From a candidate division WOR-3 bacterium (GTDB lineage: Bacteria > Hydrothermota > Tepidihabitantia > Tepidihabitantales > Tepidihabitantaceae): a DNA stretch of 40,675 nt. Numbering within the stretch: position 1 is the stretch's first letter; each line of letters begins with the position of its first letter. The position numbers were made by a program, and so were the translations under genes. The stretch is from assembly GCA_965648935.1 (NCBI GenBank), contig CBFGIY010000012.1, positions 1 through 40,675 on the forward strand. Reading direction: 5' to 3'. The notes under the pieces were generated by a model, which did not search any database, had not been told where the DNA came from, and was given only the letters and a program-made list of their open reading frames with translations. Positions 1 to 8,848 of the stretch are shown here, in pieces.

Positions 1-49
1 GGGGGCCCGCGGCGTTTTGATTTGGTCTGAATGAAATACGCGCGACTGC

Positions 50-77
50 TTGACTGAGTAGGAGGGACAACTAGAAT
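50..77 (+). promoter_or_regulatory. sigma70-like promoter of the first operon
   Basis: TTGACT (50-55), 16-nt spacer, TAGAAT (72-77); ATG at 92. Confidence 0.6.
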
Positions 78-91
78 GGCTTCAGGGTCCG

Positions 92-943
92 ATGCACCAC
101 TGGAGGACAATCTTGCAGGCACGCAGTTTCCGCTTGCTGGTACTGGCGTCCGTGCTGCTGGCCGTGTCCACTGCCCGCGCCGCCTTCGAAGAGCGCCGCT
201 CCGGCGTCCGCGCCGACGGGATGGGCGGCGCATTCACCGCCATTGCCGACGACGTGTCGGCCATTGACTACAACCCGGCCGGGCTGGCTGCGGTAGGGCG
301 CGCCGGCGCAGCGGCTTTTGGCCGTCTGCTTTACGGCGGCGTCGGAGTCGGGCTGCACACGGCAAATGCCGCGTTCTGCCTGCCGGTCGGCCGCGCGGGC
401 ACGGTGGCCGTCGGGTTGCAGGAGACAGGATTCGAGCTTCTTTCCGAACGTTCGCTCAGACTGGCGCACGGGATCAAGCTCGCCGACGGGCTGTTCTTCG
501 GTTACGCGTTGAACGGCTACAATCTGTATCAGGCCGGGGACTACGGCAGTGGGTTCGCGGCCGGCGCCGACCTTGCGCTGCTCGGCGTGGTCTACGAGAC
601 ATGGCGCGTCGGGTTCCTGGCGCATAACATCAACCGGCCGAAGCTGGGCAGCTCGGCGCTGCCTCAGGCGTTGGTGTTCGGGTTGGGCTACTCGCCGGCG
701 CCGGGCATCAACTCGGCGCTGGACGTCAGCAAGGAGCCGGGCCAGCCGACGCAGCTCTGCGTCGGACAGGAGTTTCGCATCATCCAGGATTACCTGACGC
801 TACGTGCCGGGGTTCGGACCGAGCCGGTGCGGTTCGCGGCCGGATTCCGGACCGGGCTGGAGCGGGTACATATCGACTACGCTTTGCAGACGCACCCGGT
901 ACTGCCTATGACCCACACGCTCGGGCTGGCGGCGGAGTTCTAG
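92..943 (+). CDS. PorV/PorQ-like outer-membrane beta-barrel protein
   Basis: Signal peptide; 'GVRADGMGGAFTAIADDVSAIDYNPAGLA' matches the PorV/FadL-family N-terminal motif; amphipathic strands; C-terminal Phe. Confidence 0.75.
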   Translation: MHHWRTILQARSFRLLVLASVLLAVSTARAAFEERRSGVRADGMGGAFTAIADDVSAIDYNPAGLAAVGRAGAAAFGRLLYGGVGVGLHTANAAFCLPVGRAGTVAVGLQETGFELLSERSLRLAHGIKLADGLFFGYALNGYNLYQAGDYGSGFAAGADLALLGVVYETWRVGFLAHNINRPKLGSSALPQALVFGLGYSPAPGINSALDVSKEPGQPTQLCVGQEFRIIQDYLTLRAGVRTEPVRFAAGFRTGLERVHIDYALQTHPVLPMTHTLGLAAEF

Positions 944-944
944 G

Positions 945-3359
945 ATGCTTCTTCTGCTTCTGTTGCTTGCGGTCTACAGCAGCGACAACCAGCTTGACAT
1001 CAACAACGCGACGCTTGAGGAGGTGCGGCAACTGCCGGTCGACTCTGCCACCGCACGGCGCATCCACGAGCGGGTCGAGCTGTTCGGTCGACTGAACAGC
1101 GTCTACGACCTCCTGCGCGTGCCCGGTGTCACCTACGAGAAGTTCGCCGAACTGAAGCCGCTGGTCAAGGTTTCCCAGACAGGCTGGGAAGACATTCAGC
1201 AGAACACGATTCAGCGCATCCAGCGCCGGCTCGCCTCGGAGGAAGGGCCGACCGCGGCCGCGGTCGAGCAGTGGCAGGATTTGCTCATCACTCCGATAAA
1301 TGTCAACAAGGCAGCAGTCGACGACCTGATAGTCCTCGACAATGTTTCGCTAGTTGATGCCGCGGCAGTGGTCAAGTTCACGCGCGCCGGCGGGAAGCTC
1401 TCGGGGCGGCGCGACCTCTCCAACCAAGTGCCGGGGCTGTCGTCCTACGGCTACCGCAGCATGCGCGATTTCGTTACCTATGATGACGTCAAGGGGTTGG
1501 CGTTCGGCGGCAACTACCGGGCCAGCTACGACGACGACCCCAAGTGGTTCACTTCGGCCGGTACGGTCGAGTTCGACCAGGCGCTGGCCACGCTGGATAC
1601 CGATACGCTGGAGTTTCGCGAGGCTGGCTACACCTCGGAAGAGGTCGAGTTCTTTCGCGCGCGGCTGGCTGATTCGCGCGCGTTCCGCGCCGGGATGCGA
1701 AGCGAGTCAAGTGTGCGGCACCGGCTCCGTGTGCGGCTGGGCGAGCCATTCCGGGCCGGGGCCTGGGCCATGCAGAAGTTGTACACCGACCGGGCGGTCG
1801 ATGAGTACAAGCTTTTCGCCTCAGCACAGAACGTGGGGCCACTGCGCAAGGCTGTGGTCGGCGACTACCGGCTGACGCTGGCTCAGGGCTTGCTGATGGA
1901 CAACAATTCCGAGCTCATGGCACGGGTGCACGAGCGCATTGTCGGCCTGTACAGCGACCTTTCCGAAAACCCGGGGTTCGGGTTGCGCGGCGGCGCGGCG
2001 GACATCGGAGGAGAGCGCGGGGGCCTGCTCGGGTTCTACTCGCGCAGCCGGCGTGACGCCATTCTCAATCCGGACAGCTCGGTCAACTACTACGTCGTGT
2101 CGACCCCGCGCTACCCGGGATTCCGCAACGCGCTGACTGAGACCGACTACGGCGGCAGCGCCTACCTTGACCTGTCCGGTGTCGGGTTTCTGCCGGTGGG
2201 TACGCGTATTGCGTTGAACGGTCTGCGCATTGCATACGACCGGCCGTTCCGGCCCGACGCGCGCTGGCTCGACCTGCCCGGGGATAACGATACCCTCGAA
2301 GATCCAAACTACACCGCGCTCGATACCGGACAGACCCGGCTCTACTACGGTGCGGACTTCCGCACGGTCATTGAGAACTTCTCTATCGAGGGCGAGCTGG
2401 CGATGAAGCCGGGCAGGCAGGATGAAGCCTGGCAGCGCTGGGTCCCAGCACCCGCCACACCCAAGGCAATGGTGCTCAAGGGCCGCACCCAGTACGACTA
2501 CCTCTACGTGATGGCAATGTATCGGCGCTATGATGTCGGCTATGACAACCCGTACAATCGTGGTTTTTCCGAGCAGTCCCGCTTCGAAGACACGCCTCTG
2601 GAAAAGCCCTACCGGCTCATTGACCCTGCATTCGCGGCGCTGCAGGATTTCCCGATGCCCAAGGCGGAAGAGGGTGTTTTTGTTGACATGCGCTACCAGG
2701 TTGGCCGTCAGATAACCTTCACGCGGGTCTATCTGGATGTATGGCGCAATCTTGCCTGGGGCGCAGACAACGCCCGGTTCCAGGGCGAGGTCGAGTACCG
2801 GCCGGTCTTCCCGCTGCGGCTGCGTTTCAAGCAGAAGTTGCAGGCCAAGGAACTGCCCAAGCTGGCCGAGGCGACCAGGTCAACTACGCTAGAAAGCTCG
2901 ATCAGGGCGATGGCCAGCCTCTCGAACTGGGACTGGCTTACCGGCGAGGTCAGGCTGGGTAAGGTTCTGCTAACGCCGACGCTGCGCTATACCGATCAGT
3001 CCAGCATCTCGGGCAACTTCGTGTCGGTCCAGTGGGAACACAACTTCTCAAACACCCTGCAGGGCGAGCTTGGGGTCGCGGCGTGGATGACGCGCGGGAT
3101 GTCGCAGTGGGCCTTCGAAGACAACGGCATCGACTTTCTCGATGGCCAGGGCCTGCGCTGGTACGCGGCGGTGACCGACCGCATATCTGACAACCTGCTC
3201 GTGTACTTCAAGGTTCGGCACAAGCTGAGCGAGTTTCCGCACACCGGATTGGGCGGGCGTGACGGCCTGCACTACCGCGGCAGCCCGGAACCGGTACGCG
3301 ATTTCGTATCTCGAGAAGAAGGACTGACATTGGCCGCGCAGATTGACCTGCTCTGGTAG
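945..3359 (+). CDS. helix-hairpin-helix (ComEA-like) domain protein with C-terminal outer-membrane barrel
   Basis: Two ComEA-like units ('LDINNATLEEVRQLP...LLRVPGV', 'INVNKAAVDDLIVL...LSNQVPGL'); beta-rich C-terminal region ending in Trp; starts 1 nt after the upstream stop. Confidence 0.75.
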   Translation: MLLLLLLLAVYSSDNQLDINNATLEEVRQLPVDSATARRIHERVELFGRLNSVYDLLRVPGVTYEKFAELKPLVKVSQTGWEDIQQNTIQRIQRRLASEEGPTAAAVEQWQDLLITPINVNKAAVDDLIVLDNVSLVDAAAVVKFTRAGGKLSGRRDLSNQVPGLSSYGYRSMRDFVTYDDVKGLAFGGNYRASYDDDPKWFTSAGTVEFDQALATLDTDTLEFREAGYTSEEVEFFRARLADSRAFRAGMRSESSVRHRLRVRLGEPFRAGAWAMQKLYTDRAVDEYKLFASAQNVGPLRKAVVGDYRLTLAQGLLMDNNSELMARVHERIVGLYSDLSENPGFGLRGGAADIGGERGGLLGFYSRSRRDAILNPDSSVNYYVVSTPRYPGFRNALTETDYGGSAYLDLSGVGFLPVGTRIALNGLRIAYDRPFRPDARWLDLPGDNDTLEDPNYTALDTGQTRLYYGADFRTVIENFSIEGELAMKPGRQDEAWQRWVPAPATPKAMVLKGRTQYDYLYVMAMYRRYDVGYDNPYNRGFSEQSRFEDTPLEKPYRLIDPAFAALQDFPMPKAEEGVFVDMRYQVGRQITFTRVYLDVWRNLAWGADNARFQGEVEYRPVFPLRLRFKQKLQAKELPKLAEATRSTTLESSIRAMASLSNWDWLTGEVRLGKVLLTPTLRYTDQSSISGNFVSVQWEHNFSNTLQGELGVAAWMTRGMSQWAFEDNGIDFLDGQGLRWYAAVTDRISDNLLVYFKVRHKLSEFPHTGLGGRDGLHYRGSPEPVRDFVSREEGLTLAAQIDLLW

Positions 3360-3370
3360 ACAGGAGACAG

Positions 3371-4534
3371 ATGATGAGATTGGCACTTTCTGCTGTTCTG
3401 CTTGCTCTTGCCACCGTGACCGCTGCGGCGCAGGTGCCGGTGCGTGACTGGTGGGGCGATGAGGTGAGCTTCGCTTCGGCGCGCAGCCTGGCTGCGGCCG
3501 GCGCACCTCTCCACGAAGCCGGGCCGGCTGCGCTCTTCGCAAACCCGGCGCTGGTCTGGACTGACCGGTACGCCGCGTTTGAGCTCACCGGCGGCCTGCG
3601 TTTGAAGATCGAGCAGCGAACTCGTGTCGTGTACGACAACTTCGAGAACGCACTGGGCGAGGCGGCTTTCGCCGACAACTACGGTTCGAACGGCTTGGCC
3701 GGTCCACTGGCAGCGGCTGGAAGATTGGGCCCGGTCACCATCGCGGCGGGGGGCAGACCGGTACGCGATTTCGGCTACAGCTACACGAAGGAGTACCGTG
3801 ACGACTTCTACGTCAAGATCGGCGAGGAGCGCGTCAACCAGTCAGGCGGTCTGTACAGCGCCGGTCTGGGTGCGGCCTGGCGCCCGGTCCAGTGGCTTGG
3901 CCTCGGCGCATCAGGCGGTTACTGTTTTGGCAGCCGCAGTTTCCAGTCCATCGTGGTTGATGGCCGGGACACGGTGGAGGTGTCGGAATCGGGGCGGCCA
4001 GCCGGGCCGACATGGCATGTGGGCGCGTTTCTGGCTCCGGTCAAGCGGTTCTCTTTGGCGGCTGACTTTCGCGGCGCGACAAGGCTGAACAACTGGCGTT
4101 CTGCTGACAGCGTTGTGCCGGCCGAGTCGCGCAGCTACCCGGTTGCGGCCGGGCTGTCGGTGTCCTATCGTGCGCCGGGAGCGTTGCCCTCGACCGTCAC
4201 GGCTGCGGCGAGATACGAGGATTGGTCAAGCACCGACAGCGGCCTGAACCCGGTTCTTGTGGTGCGGGCCGGGGTCGAGCACCTCTTGCCGACGCTGGTC
4301 GCCTTGCGCTACGGTTTCGGCGTCGAACCGCTCGCGGCGAACCCTGCCGTGCACGTCGCACATGTCGGGTTCGGGGTCGGCTTTGATGCCGGCTTGTTCC
4401 GCATCGATGCAGGCCTGGGGCACTCGCGTTGCGTCATTGGCGGCGGTGAGTTTTCAGTCCCGCTGACCGAAGATGGGGTGAAGGTATATGAGAACCGCAC
4501 TGCGCTTGCCATCAGCCTCAGCCGCGCTTTTTAG
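3371..4534 (+). CDS. outer-membrane beta-barrel protein, FadL/PorV-like
   Basis: AGGAG SD; signal peptide; 'SARSLAAAG...ALFANPALV' motif; ends 'ISLSRAF'. Confidence 0.6.
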   Translation: MMRLALSAVLLALATVTAAAQVPVRDWWGDEVSFASARSLAAAGAPLHEAGPAALFANPALVWTDRYAAFELTGGLRLKIEQRTRVVYDNFENALGEAAFADNYGSNGLAGPLAAAGRLGPVTIAAGGRPVRDFGYSYTKEYRDDFYVKIGEERVNQSGGLYSAGLGAAWRPVQWLGLGASGGYCFGSRSFQSIVVDGRDTVEVSESGRPAGPTWHVGAFLAPVKRFSLAADFRGATRLNNWRSADSVVPAESRSYPVAAGLSVSYRAPGALPSTVTAAARYEDWSSTDSGLNPVLVVRAGVEHLLPTLVALRYGFGVEPLAANPAVHVAHVGFGVGFDAGLFRIDAGLGHSRCVIGGGEFSVPLTEDGVKVYENRTALAISLSRAF

Positions 4535-6044
4535 CCTGCTGGTTGGTTTCGCCGCGACGGGCGCGGCGCGGATCGGACCCGGGGTCAAGCGGCTGTACAT
4601 CGTACACACCAACGACATCCACGGCGCGCTTGAACCGTCGACGGCTTTCTGGATGAACCGGGATTTCCCGCCGCCCCTGGCCAACGCGCCGGGCGCGCTG
4701 AACGTGATTCGGCGGCTCCGGGCCGAGGCTGAGCGCAAGGGCTACGGCTTCGTGCTCCTGGACGGCGGCGACGTGTTCAAGGGCACACCGCTCGGCGATT
4801 TCACGCGAGGTCAGATAGTGGTCGATTTTCTCAGAAGGGCCGGGTACGATGCAGTTGCGGTCGGGAACCACGACTTTGACTTCGGCTGGCCGGTTCTCAG
4901 GGCGATGGCCGAAAGCTCGGCCGGCATTCCCTGGATCGCCACCAACATCAAGGTCGCCGGAACCGACACGGCACCCGGGTTCCTGCGCTCGAGCGTCATG
5001 CTGGAGAAGGGCGGTCTCAAGATCGGGGTGTTCGGGCTGATCACCAGGTACTTGAGCGGGATGGTCAGCGATTCTGCCCGGGGCGAGATTGACGTGCTGC
5101 CCTACGAGGATGTCACGCGCGCCGAGATAGCCGCGCTGCGCCGGGCCGGGGCCGATATCATCGTCGCGCTCAACCACGTCGGTCACCGTCACGACCAGCG
5201 GCTGGCCGATTCGGTCCAGGGTATTGACTTCATAGTCGGGTCGCACAGCCACACCGGGGTGAAACCGCCCTACGAGGCGCCCTCCAGTCATACCGTGATC
5301 CAGCAGGCCTACAGCAAGCTCTCGACCGTCGGCCTGCTTGAGGTCAGCTTTGACACGCGCACGCGTCAGGTGGTCGGCTACGAGGGGCGGTTGATTGACC
5401 TGCTGGGTGAGGCGGTGCCAAAGGACCTCGAGTATGCCGCCTACCTCGACTCGATGCGCGCTATTGCCGAGCACGGCTACGACGAGGTGCTGGGCTATTC
5501 AAAACGCGAGCTCACGCGCGGCGGCATGGCCGAGAATCCAGCGGGCAACCTCATCACTGACGCACTGCGCGAGGAGTTCAGGGCCGACATCGCGTTCCAC
5601 AATTCGGCCGGCATCCGCGCGAACATACCAGAGGGCAAGGTAACCTACCGCGACGTGTACAAGGTTGACATCTTCGGCAACACTGCGGTTGTCGGGGTGT
5701 ACACGGGGCGCCAGGTGCGCGAAATCTGCGAGGTTTCGGTCAACGGCCACCACGCCATCTTCCAGGTCTCCGGGCTGAAGATGACATACACCAAGAACAA
5801 GCCAATCGGCCAGAGGGTGCTGTCGATTGAAGTCGCCGGCGAGCCGCTCGAACCGGACCGCAAGTACCGGGTCGTCACCAACTCCTTTCTCGCTTCGGGC
5901 ACGGGCGACTATGGCGTCTTCGCGGAGGGCGAAGAGCTCGAGGATTCGTATCTGCCGCTGCGCGACGTCATCGCGCGCTACATCAAGCGCAACTCGCCGG
6001 TGGACGCCCGGGTCGAGGGGCGCATAGTCCTGGTTGACCGTTAG
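4488..6044 (+). CDS. bifunctional metallophosphatase / 5'-nucleotidase (UshA-like), exported
   Basis: Motifs HTNDIHG, LDGGD, GNHDFD, GSHSH; 5'-nucleotidase C-domain (NSAGIRA, FGNT, QVSGL, YRVVTNSFLASG); overlaps the upstream gene. Confidence 0.9.
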   Translation: MRTALRLPSASAALFSLLVGFAATGAARIGPGVKRLYIVHTNDIHGALEPSTAFWMNRDFPPPLANAPGALNVIRRLRAEAERKGYGFVLLDGGDVFKGTPLGDFTRGQIVVDFLRRAGYDAVAVGNHDFDFGWPVLRAMAESSAGIPWIATNIKVAGTDTAPGFLRSSVMLEKGGLKIGVFGLITRYLSGMVSDSARGEIDVLPYEDVTRAEIAALRRAGADIIVALNHVGHRHDQRLADSVQGIDFIVGSHSHTGVKPPYEAPSSHTVIQQAYSKLSTVGLLEVSFDTRTRQVVGYEGRLIDLLGEAVPKDLEYAAYLDSMRAIAEHGYDEVLGYSKRELTRGGMAENPAGNLITDALREEFRADIAFHNSAGIRANIPEGKVTYRDVYKVDIFGNTAVVGVYTGRQVREICEVSVNGHHAIFQVSGLKMTYTKNKPIGQRVLSIEVAGEPLEPDRKYRVVTNSFLASGTGDYGVFAEGEELEDSYLPLRDVIARYIKRNSPVDARVEGRIVLVDR

Positions 6045-6052
6045 ACCCGCCT

Positions 6053-7666
6053 GTGTGGCCGCTGCGACCGGCTGATGCGAGCGCGGCCGCCGAGCTGGCG
6101 CGCACCAGCGGCCTGCTTCCCGCGGCGGCGAGAGTCCTCTGGCTGCGTGGCATCAGGTCCGCGGCCGAGGCCGCAGCCTGGCTGAACCCGTCGCTTGACC
6201 AGCTTCATCCTTCTAATCAGTTGCCTGACTTCACGGCAGCGGTCGAGCGAATCAGAGCTGCGGCGGCGCGGCGCGAGACCGTTCTGGTCTGGGGGCACGA
6301 TGACCTCGACGGCATCACCGCCACCGCGATACTGGTCAGGCTCTTCGGGCACCTGCGTATCCCGGTCCGTCACCACATTCCGGTCAAGGGACGCGAGCGA
6401 CACGGCCTGAATCCCGGACTTGCGCGCGAGCTGCTGGGCAGGACAGGCGGGCTGGTCGTCACGGTGGACTGCGGCATCACCAACGCGTCCGGCGTCGCCG
6501 AGCTGCGAATGGCCGGCATCGATACCGTCGTGACCGACCATCACGAGGTGGTCGGTGAGATGCCCGAAGCGGTGGCCAATGTCGATCCCAAGCGGCCTGA
6601 CGCGCGCTATCTGTACCGTGGCCTTTCCGCGGCCGGGGTGGCGCTGAAGCTGGGGATGGGACTGGTCGAGGCTGAGGTCGGGCTGACCGCGCGGCAGTTC
6701 ATCTCGGCCCTGCCCGAAGTTGTCGCGCTGGCCGTGCTCGGTACCATCGCCGACCGCGTGCCTCTTACCGGCGAGAACCGTTCGCTGGTGGCCGGCGGCC
6801 TGCCCCTGCTTGAGAAGTGCCAGTTGAGCGCGGTTCGGGCCGTGGTCGAGCGGCTGCGCGGCGACGCCGGCCGGCTGACCGTGGCGCGGTTCGTTGCCGA
6901 GCTGCTGCCGTTCTTTGCCGCGGCCGACGGCGACCGCGGCGTCGACGTGCTGCTGAACGCTACCCCGGCAGAGGCCGCGGCATGGGTCGATGAGCTGGCC
7001 GCGCGGCGCAGAGAGTGGCTCGAGGATGTCGAACGAGCCTCTGAACTTGCCCTGCGCGTGATGACTCAGGGCGACGGCGTGGTCTTTGCGCGCAGCCGCG
7101 ATTTCTCGCTGCGCGCGCTCGGGTCTTGCGCCAGTCGGCTGAAAGACCGTTTCCAGATGCCGGCAATCGTACTGGGCTGGCGCGGCGATGCCTGGGTGGG
7201 CGAGGGCCGGGGAATGGAAACAGCCAGCCTAATCGAACTGCTCAAAGCTCATGCTGACTTCTTCATCGACTTCGGCGGACACCGCAAGGCCGGCGGGTTC
7301 ACCATCGCCGATGAGCGGGTCGACGAGTTCATACGCAGCGCAGAGCGGTATGCCCACGAGCATTACGCCGGCCGGATTGAGCGCGAGGACCTGCCGGCCG
7401 CGGATGCCGTGCTGCCGCTGGCCGAGTACTCAGGCGACGTCCTGCGGCTGGGGCCGTTCGGGGAGGGCAACCCTCAACCGGTGTTCCTGTCCGGGCCGGT
7501 CGAGCTCGGTGCGGCCGGGCAGGGCGTGTTTGCAAGAGGCAGGACTGACCTGGAACTCAGGCCGGCGCGCGGCGGCGTCACGCTGGAGACCGGCATACCG
7601 CTGGAGCTGGTCTACACGGTCGATGACCTCGGCCGGCTGGGCATTCTCGACTGCCGACCGGTCTAG
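6053..7666 (+). CDS. recJ: RecJ-like DHH-family ssDNA exonuclease (divergent)
   Basis: DDLDG, TVDCG, TDHH, GTIADRVPL, FGGH, PFGEGNPQP motifs. Confidence 0.75.
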   Translation: MWPLRPADASAAAELARTSGLLPAAARVLWLRGIRSAAEAAAWLNPSLDQLHPSNQLPDFTAAVERIRAAAARRETVLVWGHDDLDGITATAILVRLFGHLRIPVRHHIPVKGRERHGLNPGLARELLGRTGGLVVTVDCGITNASGVAELRMAGIDTVVTDHHEVVGEMPEAVANVDPKRPDARYLYRGLSAAGVALKLGMGLVEAEVGLTARQFISALPEVVALAVLGTIADRVPLTGENRSLVAGGLPLLEKCQLSAVRAVVERLRGDAGRLTVARFVAELLPFFAAADGDRGVDVLLNATPAEAAAWVDELAARRREWLEDVERASELALRVMTQGDGVVFARSRDFSLRALGSCASRLKDRFQMPAIVLGWRGDAWVGEGRGMETASLIELLKAHADFFIDFGGHRKAGGFTIADERVDEFIRSAERYAHEHYAGRIEREDLPAADAVLPLAEYSGDVLRLGPFGEGNPQPVFLSGPVELGAAGQGVFARGRTDLELRPARGGVTLETGIPLELVYTVDDLGRLGILDCRPV

Positions 7667-7672
7667 GACGCG

Positions 7673-8839
7673 ATGCCCGACGCCATCATCGAGGTCATCC
7701 GCAAGCGGGCGCGTTCGCGGCACGCCTGGGTCTTCTCCAACGAGGTGCAGCGTGTGCAGGGAAACCCCGGCCCCGGAGACACTGTGCTGGTGTACGAACG
7801 CAGGCGGCTGGTCGGCTCGGCGGTGTACAATCCGTTCTCGCTGATTCGCGCCCGGCTTTACTCCGAGTGCGACGTCGAACTGGACGAGGAGTTCATAAGG
7901 AGCCGAATCGCGGCCGCATTGGAGCGCCGGCGCGAGAGCCTGCCGGGCGAAGACGACTTCCGCCTGGTCTATGGAGAGAGCGACGGGCTGCCCGGGCTGG
8001 TGGTCGACAAGTACGGCGGCCATTTCGTGGTGCAGTCGTATTCGGTCGGGCTGGACCGGCGCCAGGACCTTGTGGTCGCGGCGCTCAGGTCGGTGTTTGA
8101 CACGCAGGCGGTGCTGGAGAAGAACGACTTCCGGCTGCGCGACGCCGAGGGGCTGCCGCGCCGCGAATCGGTGCTGTGGGGCGAGCCCGAGCCGCGCATC
8201 ACAATCAGCGAGTCGGGCGTCCGCTACTTCGTGGACATCGCGGCCGGACAGAAGACCGGCTACTACTTCGATCACCGGCTCACCCGGCAGGCGGCGCGCG
8301 CCGCGGCGGCGGGCCGGCGCACCCTGGATGTGTTCAGCTACACCGGTTCATTCGGCATCAACGCGGCCCTGGGCGGCGCGTCGTGGGTGCTGGGCGTTGA
8401 CGCCTCGGCCGAGGCCGCGGCCCTGGCTGCCGACAACGCCGCTCTGAACGGGGTCGGCGAACGCTGCCGGTTCGAGGTCGGCAACGCGTTCAACATGCTG
8501 GCTGAGCTGGCGCGTTCGGGCGAACGGTTCGGGCTGGTGTGCCTGGACCCGCCGGCCTTCATCAAGGCGCAGAAGGACCGCGCCAACGGGCTGCGCGCCT
8601 ACCGGCAGGTGAACGCGCTGGCGATGCGGCTGCTTGATACGGGCGGGATGCTGTTCTCATCCTCGTGCTCGCACTACCTGTTCTGGCAGGACATGCTCGA
8701 CGTGCTGGTCGCCGCGGCCGGGGACGCCGGGCGGAGCTTCACGATCCTCGGCCGGATGACGCAGGGTCCGGACCACCCGGTGCTGCTGTCGATGCCCGAG
8801 TCAGAGTACCTGCGCTGCTTCGTGCTGCGGGTGAGCTAG
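7673..8839 (+). CDS. rlmI: RlmI-like SAM-dependent 23S rRNA m5C1962 methyltransferase
   Basis: PUA-like N-terminus (HAWVFSNE), GESDGLPGLVVDKY, GQKTGYYFDHR, LDVFSYTGSF, LDPPAF, DHPV...EYL. Confidence 0.85.
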   Translation: MPDAIIEVIRKRARSRHAWVFSNEVQRVQGNPGPGDTVLVYERRRLVGSAVYNPFSLIRARLYSECDVELDEEFIRSRIAAALERRRESLPGEDDFRLVYGESDGLPGLVVDKYGGHFVVQSYSVGLDRRQDLVVAALRSVFDTQAVLEKNDFRLRDAEGLPRRESVLWGEPEPRITISESGVRYFVDIAAGQKTGYYFDHRLTRQAARAAAAGRRTLDVFSYTGSFGINAALGGASWVLGVDASAEAAALAADNAALNGVGERCRFEVGNAFNMLAELARSGERFGLVCLDPPAFIKAQKDRANGLRAYRQVNALAMRLLDTGGMLFSSSCSHYLFWQDMLDVLVAAAGDAGRSFTILGRMTQGPDHPVLLSMPESEYLRCFVLRVS

Positions 8840-8848
8840 CCGCGCGGG

